Origin: Utricularia gibba | Lineage: Eukaryota; Plantae; Magnoliophyta | Direction: 5' to 3' | Length of the DNA stretch: 30,860 nucleotides | Assembly (NCBI GenBank): GCA_002189035.1 | Contig: NEEC01000268.1 | Coordinates: forward strand, 1 to 30,860 | Shown: in pieces, positions 9,601 through 22,900 of the stretch | Numbering within the stretch: the first letter of the stretch is position 1 | How the letters are laid out: every line of letters starts with the position of its first letter | Made by a program: the position numbers and the translations under genes | Notes under the pieces: generated by a model | What the model saw: only the letters and a program-made list of their open reading frames with translations | Databases searched by the model: none | What the model was told of the DNA's origin: nothing

Positions 9601-12600
9601 TACTTTATACTTGAGGAGGCGGTCTTGGGGGGCACCTGAACGGGACAAAGGTCAGTTTGGTTTGGGCGAAAGTTAGTTGTAGCCTGGCAACTAAAGTGAT
9701 GCATTTATTAACGTTCGGTTTTCAGGGCTGCCTACATGGTTTTTAAAAGGAACAGCTTCTCGTTTTGTGGCCTACTTCGCTGGCACTTGGTCGGCGCTCG
9801 TTCGGTCCGGCTCATGAGTCCAACCGGTGCGAGTCGACGAAAATAATGATGCATTTGTTTAAAGTAAGATGTCACGTGCACCCCACATGATTTTTTCAAC
9901 AACTTACTTTATACTTGAGGAGGCGGTCTTGGGGGGCACCTAGAACGGGACAAAGGTCAGGTTGGTTTGGGCCGAAAGTTAGTTGTAGCCTGGCAACTAA
10001 AGTGATGCATTTATTAACGTTCGGTTTTCGGGGCTGCCTACAAGGTTTTTCAAGGAACAGCTTCTCGTTTTGTGGCGACTACTCTCGCTGGGCACTTGGT
10101 CGGCCCCGTTTGTCCGGCTCATGAGCCAACCGGTGCGAGTCGACGAAAATAATGATGCATTTGTTTAAAGTAAGATGTCACGTGCACCCCACATGATTTT
10201 TTCAACAACTTACTTTATACTTGAGGAGGCGGTCTTGGGGGGCACCTGGAACGGGACAATGGTCAGGTTGGTTGGGCCGAAAGTTAGTTGTAGCCTGGCA
10301 AATAAAGTGATGCATTTATTAACGTTCGGTTTTCGGGCTGCCTACATGGTTTTTAAGGAACAGCTTCTCGTTTTGTGGCGACTACTCTCGCTGGGCACTT
10401 GGTCGGCCCCGTTCAGTCCGGCTCATGAGCCAACCGGTGCGAGTCGACGAAAATAATGATGCATTTGTTTAAAGTAAGATGTCACGTGCACCCACATGAT
10501 TTTTTCAACAACTTACTTTATACTTGAGGAGGCGGTCTTGGGGGCACCTGGAACGGGACAAATGGTCAGGTTGGCTTGGGCCGAAAGTTAGTTGTAGCCT
10601 GGCAAATAAAGTGATGCATTTATTAACGTTCGGTTTTCAGGGGCTGCCTACATGGTTTTTCAAGGAACAGCTTCTCGTTTTGTGGCGACTACTCTCGCTG
10701 GGCACTTGGTCGGCCCCCGTTCAGTCCGGCTCATGAGTCCAACCGGTGCGAGTCGACGAAAATAATGATGCGTTTGTTTAAAGTAAGATGTCACGTGCAC
10801 CCCACATGATTTTTTCAACAACTTACTTTATACTTGAGGAGGCGGTCTTGGGGGCACCTGGAACGGGACAATGGTCAGGTTGGGTTGGGCCGAAAGTTAG
10901 TTGTAGCCTTGGCAACTAAAGTGATGCATTTATTAACGTTCGGTTTTCGGGGCTGCCTACAAGGTTTTTCAAGGAACAGCTTCTCGTTTTGTGGCGACTA
11001 CTCTCGCTGGGCACTTGGTCAGGCCCCGTTCGTCCGGCTCATGAGCCAACCGGTGCGAGTCGACGAAAATAATGATGCATTTGTTTAAAGTAAGATGTCA
11101 CGTGCACCCACATGATTTTTTCAACAACTTACTTTATACTTGAGGAGGCGGTCTTGGGGGCACCTGGAACGGGACAATGGTCAGGTTGGTTGGGCCGAAA
11201 GTTAGTTGTAGCCTGGCAACTAAAGTGATGCATTTATTAACGTTCGGTTTTCAGGGGCTGCCTACATGGTTTTTAAAGGAACAGCTTCTCGTTTTGTGGC
11301 GACTACTCTCGCTGGGCACTTGGTCGGCCCCCGTTTGTCCGGCTCATGAGCCCAACCGGTGCGAGTCGACGAAAATAATGATGCATTTGTTTAAAGTAAG
11401 ATGTCACGTGCACCCCACATGATTTTTTAAACAACTTACTTTATACTTGAGGAGGCGGTCTTGGGGGGCACCTGGAACGGGACAATGGTCAGGTTGGGCT
11501 TGGGAAAGTTAGTTGTAGCCTGGCAAAAAGTGATGCATTTATTAACGTTCGGTTTTCAGGGGCTGCCTACATGGTTTTTAAAGGAACAGCTTCTCGTTTT
11601 GTGGCGACTACTCTCGCTGGCACTTGGTCGGGCCCCCGTTCGTCCGGCTCATGAGTCCAACCGGTGCGAGTCGACGAAAATAATGATGCATTTGTTTAAA
11701 GTAAGATGTCACGTGCACCCCACATGATTTTTTCAACAACTTACTTTATACTTGAGGAGGCGGTCTTGGGGGGCACCTGAACGGGACAATGGTCAGTTGG
11801 TTTGGGCGAAAGTTAGTTGTAGCCTGGCAACTAAAGTGATGCATTTATTAACGTTCGGTTTTCAGGGGCTGCCTACATGGTTTTTAAAGGAACAGCTTCT
11901 CGTTTTGTGGGACTACTCTCGCTGGGCACTTGGTCGGGCTCGTTCCCGGCTCATGAGCCAACCGGTGCGAGTCGACGAAAATAATGATGCATTTGTTTAA
12001 AGTAAGATGTCACGTGCACCCACATGATTTTTTCAACAACTTACTTTATACTTGAGGAGGCGGTCTTGGGGGGCACCTAAACGGGACAATGGTCAGGTTG
12101 GTTTGGGCCGAAAGTTAGTTGTAGCCTGGCAACTAAAGTGATGCATTTATTAACGTTCGGTTTTCAGGGGCTGCCTACATGGTTTTTCAAGGAACAGCTT
12201 CTCGTTTTGTGGGCCACTCTCGCTGGGCACTTGGTCGGCCCCCCGTTCAGTCCGGCTCATGAGTCCAACCGGTGCGAGTCGACGAAAATAATGATGCGTT
12301 TGTTTAAAGTAAGATGTCACGTGCACCCCACATGATTTTTTCAACAACTTACTTTATACTTGAGGAGGCGGTCTTGGGGGCACCTGGAACGGGACAATGG
12401 TCAGGTTTGGCTTGGGCCGAAAGTTAGTTGTAGCCTGGCAACTAAAGTGATGCATTTATTAACGTTCGGTTTTCAGGGGCTGCCTACATGGTTTTTCAAG
12501 GAACAGCTTCTCGTTTTGTGGCGACTACTCTCGCTGGCACTTGGTCGGGCCCCGTTCGGTCCGGCTCATGAGCCAACCGGTGCGAGTCGACGAAAATAAT

Positions 12601-15600
12601 GATGCATTTGTTTAAAGTAAGATGTCACGTGCACCCCACATGATTTTTTCAACAACTTACTTTATACTTGAGGAGGCGGTCTTGGGGGCACCTGGAACGG
12701 GACAATGGTCAGGTTGGGCTTGGGCGAAAGTTAGTTGTAGCCTGGCAACTAAAGTGATGCATTTATTAACGTTCGGTTTTCAGGGGCTGCCTACATGGTT
12801 TTTCAAGGAACAGCTTCTCGTTTTGTGGCGACTACTCTCGCTGGGCACTTGGTCGGCCCCGTTCGTCCGGCTCATGAGCCCAACCGGTGCGAGTCGACGA
12901 AAATAATGATGCATTTGTTAAAAGTAAGATGTCACGTGCACCCCACATGATTTTTTAAACAACTTACTTTATACTTGAGGAGGCGGTCTTGGGGGCACCT
13001 GAACGGGACAATGGTCAGGTTGGGTTTGGGCCGAAAGTTAGTTGTAGCCTGGCAAAAAAGTGATGCATTTATTAACGTTCGGTTTTAGGGGCTGCCTACA
13101 TGGTTTTTAAAGGAACAGCTTCTCGTTTTTGTGGCGACTACTCTCGCTAGGCACTTGGTCGGGCCCCCGTTCAGTCCGGCTCATGAGTCCAACCGGTGCG
13201 AGTCGACGAAAATAATGATGCGTTTGTTTAAAGTAAGATGTCACGTGCACCCCACATGATTTTTTCAACAACTTACTTTATACTTGAGGAGGCGGTCTTG
13301 GGGGCACCTGAACGGGACAATGGTCAGGTTGGTTTGGGCCGAAAGTTAGTTGTAGCCTGGCAACTAAAGTGATGCATTTATTAACGTTCGGTTTTCAGGG
13401 GCTGCCTACATGGTTTTTAAGGAACAGCTTCTCGTTTTGTGGCGACTACTCTCGCTGGCACTTGGTCGGCCCGTTCGGTCCGCTCATGAGCCAACCGGTG
13501 CGAGTCGACGAAAATAATGATGCATTTGTTTAAAGTAAGATGTCACGTGCACCCCACATGATTTTTTCAACAACTTACTTTATACTTGAGGAGGCGGTCT
13601 TGGGGGTACCTGAACGGGACAATGGTCAGGTTGGTTTGGGCCGAAAGTTAGTTGTAGCCTGGCAACTAAAGTGATGCATTTATTAACGTTCGGTTTTCAG
13701 GGGCTGCCTACATGGTTTTTCAAGGAACAGCTTCTCGTTTGTGGCGACTACTCTCGCTGGGCACTTGGTCGGCCCCCGTTCGTCCGGCTCATGAGCCAAC
13801 CGGTGCGAGTCGACGAAAATAATGATGCATTTGTTTAAAGTAATGTCACGTGCACCCCACATGATTTTTTCAACAACTTACTTTATACTTGAGGAGGCGG
13901 TCTTGGGGGGCACCTGGAACGGGACAATGGTCAGGTTTGGCTTGGGCCGAAAGTTAGTTGTAGCCTGGCAACTAAAGTGATGCATTTATTAACGTTCGGT
14001 TTTCAGGGGCTGCCTACATGGTTTTTCAAGGAACAACTTCTCGTTTTGTGGCGACTACTCTCGCTGGGCACTTGGTCAGCCCCCGTTTGTCCGGCTCATG
14101 AGCCCAACCGGGTGCGAGTCGACGAAAATAATGATGCATTTTTTAAAGTAAGATGTCACGTGCACCCCACATGATTTTTTTAAACAACTTACTTTATACT
14201 TGAGGAGGCGGTCTTGGGGGCACCTGGAACGGGACAATGGTCAGGTTGGGTTTGGCCGAAAGTTAGTTGTAGCCTGGCAAAAAAGTGATGCATTTATTAA
14301 CGTTCGGTTTTCAGGGGCTGCCTACATGGTTTTTAAGGAACAGCTTCTCGTTTTGTGGCGACTACTCTCGCTAGGCACTTGGTCGGGCGCCCCGTTCGTC
14401 CGGCTCATGAGTCCAACCGGTGCGAGTCGACGAAAATAATGATGCGTTTGTTTAAAGTAAGATGTCACGTGCACCCCACATGATTTTTTCAACAACTTAC
14501 TTTATACTTGAGGAGGCGGTCTTGGGGGGCACCTAGAACGGGACAATGGTCAGGTTGGTTTGGGCCGAAAGTTAGTTGTAGCCTGGCAACTAAAGTGATG
14601 CATTTATTAACGTTCGGTTTTCAGGGGCTGCCTACATGGTTTTTAAAGGAACAGCTTCTCGTTTTGTGGGACTACTCTCGCTGGGCACTTGGTCGGCGCT
14701 GGTTCGGTCCGCTCATGAGTCCAACCGGTGCGAGTCGACGAAAATAATGATGCATTTGTTTAAAGTAAGATGTCACGTGCACCCCACATGATTTTTTCAA
14801 CAACTTACTTTATACTTGAGGAGGCGGTCTTGGGGGCCTGAACGGGACAAATGGTCAGGTTGGTTTGGGCGAAAGTTAGTTGTAGCCTGGCAACTAAAGT
14901 GATGCATTTATTAACGTTCGGTTTTCGGGCGCTGCCTACAAGGTTTTTCAAGGAACAGCTTCTCGTTTTGTGGCGACTACTCTCGCTGGCACTTGGTCGG
15001 CCCCCGTTCAGTCCGGCTCATGAGCCAACCGGTGCGAGTCGACGAAAATAATGATGCATTTTTTAAAGTAAGATGTCACGTGCACCCACATGATTTTTTC
15101 AACAACTTACTTTATACTTGAGGAGGCGGTCTTGGGGGCACCTGGAACGGGACAATGGTCAGGTTGGCTTGGGCCGAAAGTTAGTTGTAGCCTTGCAAAT
15201 AAAGTGATGCATTTATTAACGTTCGTTTTCGGGGCTGCCTACAAGGTTTTTAAAGGAACAGCTTCTCGTTTTGTGGCGACTACTCTCGCTGGGCACTTGG
15301 TCGGCCCCCCGTTCAGTCCGGCTCATGAGCCAACCGGTGCGAGTCGACGAAAATAATGATGCATTTGTTTAAAGTAAGATGTCACGTGCACCCCACATGA
15401 TTTTTTCAACAACTTACTTTATACTTGAGGAGGCGGTCTTGGGGGGCACCTGGAACGGGACAATGGTCAGGTTTGGCTTGGGCGAAAGTTAGTTGTAGCC
15501 TTGCAAATAAAGTGATGCATTTATTAACGTTCGGTTTTCGGGCGCTGCCTACAAGGTTTTTCAAGGAACAGCTTCTCGTTTTGTGGCGACTACTCTCGCT

Positions 15601-16965
15601 GGGCACTTGGTCAGGCCCCCGTTCAGTCGGCTCATGAGCCAACCGGTGCGAGTCGACGAAAATAATGATGCGTTTGTTTAAAGTAAGATGTCACGTGCAC
15701 CCCACATGATTTTTTTCAACAACTTACTTTATACTTGAGGAGGCGGTCTTGGGGGCACCTGGAACGGGACAATGGTCAGGTTGGTTGGGCCGAAAGTTAG
15801 TTGTAGCCTTGCAAATAAAGTGATGCATTTATTAACGTTCGGTTTTCAGGGGCTGCCTACAAGGTTTTTCAAGGAACAGCTTCTCGTTTTGTGGCGACTA
15901 CTCTCGCTGGGCACTTGGTCAGGCCCCGTTCAGTCCGGCTCATGAGCCAACCGGTGCGAGTCGACGAAAATAATGATGCATTTGTTTAAAGTAAGATGTC
16001 ACGTGCACCCCACATGATTTTTTCAACAACTTACTTTATACTTGAGGAGGCGGTCTTGGGGGCACCTGGAACGGGACAATGGTCAGGTTGGCTTGGGCCG
16101 AAAGTTAGTTGTAGCCTGGCAACTAAAGTGATGCATTTATTAACGTTCGGTTTTCAGGGGCTGCCTACATGGTTTTTAAAGGAACAGCTTCTCGTTTTGT
16201 GGCGACTACTCTCGCTGGGCACTTGGTCAGGCCCCGTTCGTCCGGCTCATGAGCCCAACCGGGTGCGAGTCGACGAAAATAATGATGCATTTGTTAAAGT
16301 AAGATGTCACGTGCACCCCACATGATTTTTTCAACAACTTACTTTATACTTGAGGAGGCGGTCTTGGGGGGCACCTGAACGGGACAATGGTCAGGTTGGG
16401 TTTGGCCGAAAGTTAGTTGTAGCCTGGCAAAAAGTGATGCATTTATTAACGTTCGGTTTTCAGGGGCTGCCTACATGGTTTTTCAAAGGAACAGCTTCTC
16501 GTTTTGTGGCGACTACTCTCGCTAGGCACTTGGTCGGGCCCCCGTTCAGTCCGGCTCATGAGTCCAACCGGCTGCGAGTCGACGAAAATAATGATGCGTT
16601 TGTTTAAAGTAAGATGTCACGTGCACCCCACATGATTTTTTTCAACTTACTTTATACTTGAGGAGGCGGTCTTGGGGGGCACCTGAACGGGACAAAGGTC
16701 AGGTTGGTTGGGCCGAAAGTTAGTTGTAGCCTGGCAACTAAAGTGATGCATTTATTAACGTTCGGTTTTCAGGGGCTGCCTACATGGTTTTTCAAGAACA
16801 GCTTCTCGTTTTGTGGCAACTACTCTCGCTGGGCACTTGGTCGGCGCTGCGTTCGGTCCGCTCATGAGTCCAATCCGGTGCGAGTCGACGAAAATAATGA
16901 TGCATTTGTTTAAAGTAAGATGTCACGTGCACCCCACATGATTTTTTCAACAACTTACTTTATAC

Positions 16966-19900
16966 TTGAGGAGGCGGTCTTGGGGGGCACCTGAAACGGG
17001 ACAATGGTCAGGTTGGCTTGGGCCGAAAGTTAGTTGTAGCCTGGCAACTAAAGTGATGCATTTATTAACGTTCGGTTTTCAGGGGCTGCCTACAAGGTTT
17101 TTCAAGGAACAGCTTCTCGTTTTGTGTCGGCCACTCTCGCTGGGCACTTGGTCGGGCCCCCGTTCAGTCCGGCTCATGAGTCCAACCGGTGCGAGTCGAC
17201 GAAAATAATGATGCGTTTGTTTAAAGTAAGATGTCACGTGCACCCCACATGATTTTTTCAACAACTTACTTTATACTTGAGGAGGCGGTCTTGGGGCACC
17301 TAGAACGGGACAAAGGTCAGGTTGGGTTGGGCCGAAAGTTAGTTGTAGCCTGGCAACTAAAGTGATGCATTTATTAACGTTCGGTTTTCGGGCTGCCTAC
17401 AAGGTTTTTCAAGGAACAGCTTCTCGTTTTGTGGCGGCCACTCTCGCTGGGCACTTGGTCGGCCTCGTTCGGTCCGGCTCATGAGCCCAACCGGGTGCGA
17501 GTCGACGAAAATAATGATGCATTTGTTTAAAGTAAGATGTCACGTGCACCCCACATGATTTTTTCAACAACTTACTTTATACTTGAGGAGGCGGTCTTGG
17601 GGGCACCTGAAACGGGACAAAGGTCAGGTTGGGTTGGGCCGAAAGTTAGTTGTAGCCTGGCAACTAAAGTGATGCATTTATTAACGTTCGGTTTTCAGGG
17701 CTGCCTACAGGTTTTTCAAGGAACAGCTTCTCGTTTGTGTCGGCCACTCTCACTGGGCACTTGGTCGGCCTCCGTTCGGTCCGGCTCATGAGCCCAACCG
17801 GGTGCGAGTCGACGAAAATAATGATGCATTTGTTTAAAGTAAGATGTCACGTGCACCCCACATGATTTTTTCAACAACTTACTTTATACTTGAGGAGGCG
17901 GTCTTGGGGGCACCTGAACGGGACAATGGTCAGGTTGGGTTGGGCCGAAAGTTAGTTGTAGCCTGGCAACTAAAGTGATGCATTTATTAACGTTCGGTTT
18001 TCAGGGGCTGCCTACATGGTTTTTCAAAGGAACAGCTTCTCGTTTTGTGTCGGCCACTCGCTGGGCACTTGGTCGCCTCCGTTCGGTCCGGCTCATGAGC
18101 CCAACCGGGTGCGAGTCGACGAAAATAATGATGCATTTGTTTAAAGTAAGATGTCACGTGCACCCCACATGATTTTTTCAACAACTTACTTTATACTTGA
18201 GGAGGCGGTCTTGGGGGCACCTGAAACGGGACAATGGTCAGGTTGGGTTGGCCGAAAGTTAGTTGTAGCCTGGCAACTAAAGTGATGCATTTATTAACGT
18301 TCGGTTTTCAGGGGCTGCCTACATGGTTTTTCAAGGAACAGCTTCTCGTTTTGTGGCGACTACTCTCGCTGGCACTTGGGGGCCCCGTTCGTCCGTCATG
18401 AGTCCAACCGGTGCGAGTCGACGAAAATAATGATGCATTTGTTTAAAGTAAGATGTCACGTGCACCCCACATGATTTTTTCAACAACTTACTTTATACTT
18501 GAGGAGGCGGTCTTGGGGGCACCTGGAACGGGACAATGGTCAGGTTGGTTGGGCCGAAAGTTAGTTGTAGCCTGCAACTAAAGTGATGCATTTATTAACG
18601 TTCGGTTTTCAGGGGCTGCCTACAAGGTTTTTCAAGGAACAGCTTCTCGTTTTGTGTCGGCCACTCTCGCTGGGCACTTGGTCGGCCTCGTTCGGTCCGG
18701 CTCATGAGCCCAACCGGTGCGAGTCGACGAAAATAATGATGCATTTGTTTAAAGTAAGATGTCACGTGCACCCCACATGATTTTTTCAACAACTTACTTT
18801 ATACTTGAGGAGGCGGTCTTGGGGGCACCTGGAACGGGACAATGGTCAGGTTGGGTTGGGCCGAAAGTTAGTTGTAGCCTGGCAACTAAAGTGATGCATT
18901 TATTAACGTTCGGTTTTCAGGGGCTGCCTACAAGGTTTTTCAAGGAACAGCTTCTCGTTTTGTGTCGGCCACTCTCGCTGGGCACTTGGTCGGCCTGCCG
19001 TTCGTCCGGCTCATGAGCCCAACGGGTGCGAGTCGACGAAAATAATGATGCATTTGTTTAAAGTAAGATGTCACGTGCACCCCACATGATTTTTTCAACA
19101 ACTTACTTTATACTTGAGGAGGCGGTCTTGGGGGGCACCTGAACGGGACAATGGTCAGGTTGGTTTGGGCCGAAAGTTAGTTGTAGCCTGGCAACTAAAG
19201 TGATGCATTTATTAACGTTCGGTTTTCAGGGCTGCCTACATGGTTTTTCAAGGAACAGCTTCTCGTTTTGTGTCGGCCACTCTCGCTGGGCACTTGGTCG
19301 GCCTCGTTCGTCCGGCTCATGAGCCCAACCGGTGCGAGTCGACGAAAATAATGATGCATTTGTTTAAAGTAAGATGTCACGTGCACCCCACATGATTTTT
19401 TCAACAACTTACTTTATACTTGAGGAGGCGGTCTTGGGGGGCACCTGAACGGGACAATGGTCAGGTTGGTTTGGGCCGAAAGTTAGTTGTAGCCTGGCAA
19501 CTAAAGTGATGCATTTATTAACGTTCGGTTTGGGCTGCCTACATGGTTTTTCAAGGAACAGCTTCTCGTTTTGTGTCGGCCACTCTCTGGGCACTTGGTC
19601 GGCCTCCGTTCGGTCCGCTCATGAGCCCAACCGGTGCGAGTCGACGAAAATAATGATGCATTTGTTTAAAGTAAGATGTCACGTGCACCCCACATGATTT
19701 TTTTCAACAACTTACTTTATACTTGAGGAGGCGGTCTTGGGGGGCACCTAGAACGGGACAATGGTCAGGTTGGGTTGGGCCGAAAGTTAGTTGTAGCCTG
19801 GCAACTAAAGTGATGCATTTATTAACGTTCGGTTTTCGGCTGCCTACAAGGTTTTTCAAAGGAACAACTTCTCGTTTTGTGTCGGCCACTCTCGCTGGCA

Positions 19901-22900
19901 CTTGGTCGGCCCCCGTTCGGTCCGGCTCATGAGCCCAACCGGTGCGAGTCGACGAAAATAATGATGCATTTGTTTAAAGTAAGATGTCACGTGCACCCCA
20001 CATGATTTTTTCAACAACTTACTTTATACTTGAGGAGGCGGTCTTGGGGGGCACCTGGAACGGGACAATGGTCAGGTTGGGTTGGGCCGAAAGTTAGTTG
20101 TAGCCTGGCAACTAAAGTGATGCATTTATTAACGTTCGGTTTTCAGGGGCTGCCTACAAGGTTTTTCAAGGAACAGCTTCTCGTTTTGTGTCGGCCACTC
20201 TCGCTGGGCACTTGGTCGGCCTCGTCGGTCCGGCTCATGAGCCAACCGGGTGCGAGTCGACGAAAATAATGATGCATTTGTTTAAAGTAAGATGTCACGT
20301 GCACCCCACATGATTTTTTCAACAACTTACTTTATACTTGAGGAGGCGGTCTTGGGGGGCACCTGAACGGGACAATGGTCAGGTTGGTTTGGGCCGAAAG
20401 TTAGTTGTAGCCTGCAACTAAAGTGATGCATTTATTAACGTTCGGTTTTCAGGGCTGCCTACAAGGTTTTTCAAGGAACAGCTTCTCGTTTTGTGTCGGC
20501 CACTCTCACTGGGCACTTGGTCGGCCCCGTTCGGTCCGGCTCATGAGCCAACCGGGTGCGAGTCGACGAAAATAATGATGCATTTGTTTAAAGTAAGATG
20601 TCACGTGCACCCCACATGATTTTTTCAACAACTTACTTTATACTTGAGGAGGCGGTCTTGGGGGGCACCTGAACGGGACAAGGTCAGGTTGGTTTTGGGC
20701 CGAAAGTTAGTTGTAGCCTGGCAACTAAAGTGATGCATTTATTAACGTTCGGTTTGGGCTGCCTACAAGGTTTTTCAAGGAACAGCTTCTCGTTTTGTGT
20801 CGGCCACTCTCGCTGGACTTGGTCGGCCCGTTCGGTCCGGCTCATGAGCCAACCGGGTGCGAGTCGACGAAAATAATGATGCATTTGTTTAAAGTAAGAT
20901 GTCACGTGCACCCCACATGATTTTTTCAACAACTTACTTTATACTTGAGGAGGCGGTCTTGGGGGCACCTGAACGGGACAATGGTCAGGTTGGGTTTGGC
21001 CGAAAGTTAGTTGTAGCCTGGCAACTAAAGTGATGCATTTATTAACGTTCGGTTTTCGGGTGCCTACATGGTTTTTCAAGGAACAGCTTCTCGTTTTGTG
21101 TCGGCCACTCTCGCTGGGCACTTGGTCGGCGCCCGTTCGGTCCGGCTCATGAGCCAACCGGTGCGAGTCGACGAAAATAATGATGCATTTGTTTAAAGTA
21201 AGATGTCACGTGCACCCCACATGATTTTTTCAAACAACTTACTTTATACTTGAGGAGGCGGTCTTGGGGGGCACCTGAACGGGACAATGGTCAGGTTGGT
21301 TTGGGCCGAAAGTTAGTTGTAGCCTGGCAACTAAAGTGATGCATTTATTAACGTTCGGTTTTCGGGCTGCCTACATGGTTTTTCAAGGAACAGCTTCTCG
21401 TTTTGTGGCGACTACTCTCGCTGGGCACTTGGTCGGCCCCGTTCGGTCCGGCTCATGAGCCAACCGGGTGCGAGTCGACGAAAATAATGATGCATTTGTT
21501 TAAAGTAAGATGTCACGTGCACCCCACATGATTTTTTTCAACAACTTACTTTATACTTGAGGAGGCGGTCTTGGGGGCACCTAGAACGGGACAATGGTCA
21601 GGTTGGGTTGGGCCGAAAGTTAGTTGTAGCCTGCAACTAAAGTGATGCATTTATTAACGTTCGGTTTTCAGGGCTGCCTACAAGGTTTTTCAAGGAACAG
21701 CTTCTCGTTTTGTGTCGGCCACTCTCACTGGGCACTTGGTCGGCTGCCGTTCGGTCCGGCTCATGAGCCCAACCGGGTGCGAGTCGACGAAAATAATGAT
21801 GCATTTGTTTAAAGTAAGATGTCACGTGCACCCCACATGATTTTTTCAACAACTTACTTTATACTTGAGGAGGCGGTCTTGGGGGCACCTGAACGGGACA
21901 ATGGTCAGGTTGGGTTAGGGCCGAAAGTTAGTTGTAGCCTGGCAACTAAAGTGATGCATTTATTAACGTTCGGTTTTCAGGGCTGCCTACAAGGTTTTTC
22001 AAGGAACAGCTTCTCGTTTTGTGTCGGCCACTCGCTGGGCACTTGGTCCGCGCGTTTTCGGGGCTCGGTCCGGCTGGAGCCTTTTGTCAACGAAAACATT
22101 CTCGTTTTGTGCATTTGTTTACTCTCACTGGGCAGTAAGATCACGTGCACCCCACATGATTTTTTCAACAACTTACTTTATACTTGAGGAGGCGGTCTTG
22201 GGGGCACCTGAACGGGACAATGGTCAGGTTGGTTGGGCCGAAAGTTAGTTGTAGCCTGGCAACTAAAGTGATGCATTATTAACGTTCGGTTTTCAGGGGC
22301 TGCTACAAGGTTTTTCAAGGAACAGCTTCTCGTTTTGTGTCGGCCACTTCGCTGGGCACTTGGTCGGCCTCCGTTCGGTCCGGCTCATGAGCCCAACCGG
22401 TGCGAGTCGACGAAAATAATGATGCATTTGTTTAAAGTAAGATGTCACGTGCACCCCATGATTTTTTCAACAACTTACTTTATACTTGAGGAGGCGGTCT
22501 TGGGGGCACCTGAACGGACAATGGTCATGGGGGCCGAAAGTTAGTTGTAGCCTGGCAACTAAAGTGATGCATTTATTAACGTTCGGTTTTCAGGCTGCCT
22601 ACATGGTTTTTCAAGGAACAGCTTCTCGTTTTGTGGCCACTCTCGCTGGGCACTTGGTCGGCGCTGCGTTCGGTCCGGCTCATGAGCCCAACGGTGCGAG
22701 TCGACGAAAATAATGATGCATTTGTTTAAAGTAAGATGTCACGTGCACCCCACATGATTTTTTCAACAACTTACTTTATACTTGAGGAGGCGGTCTTGGG
22801 GGCACCTGAACGGGACAATGGTCAGGTTGGGTTGGGCCGAAAGTTAGTTGTAGCCTGCAACTAAAGTGATGCATTTATTAACGTTCGGTTTTACTGCCTA

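Larger units (their letters stand above)
1..16965. repeat. Array domain I (subfamily dominated by GTGGCGACTACTCTCGCT; frequent GAGTCC and GATGCGTTT variants)
   Basis: Nearly all monomers carry GTGGCGACTA. GTGTCGGC(CA) appears only in three early units (~885, ~2110, ~2408). GATGCGTTT occurs in 13 units, all before ~17.3 kb. Confidence 0.85.

Noticed and set aside
18849-18861. Telomere-like or kinetoplast minicircle-like GGTTGGGTTGGG
   Set aside because: There are only two short units, embedded in the satellite and variable between copies. There is no TTAGGG/TTTAGGG tract and no GGGGTTGGTGTA universal minicircle sequence.
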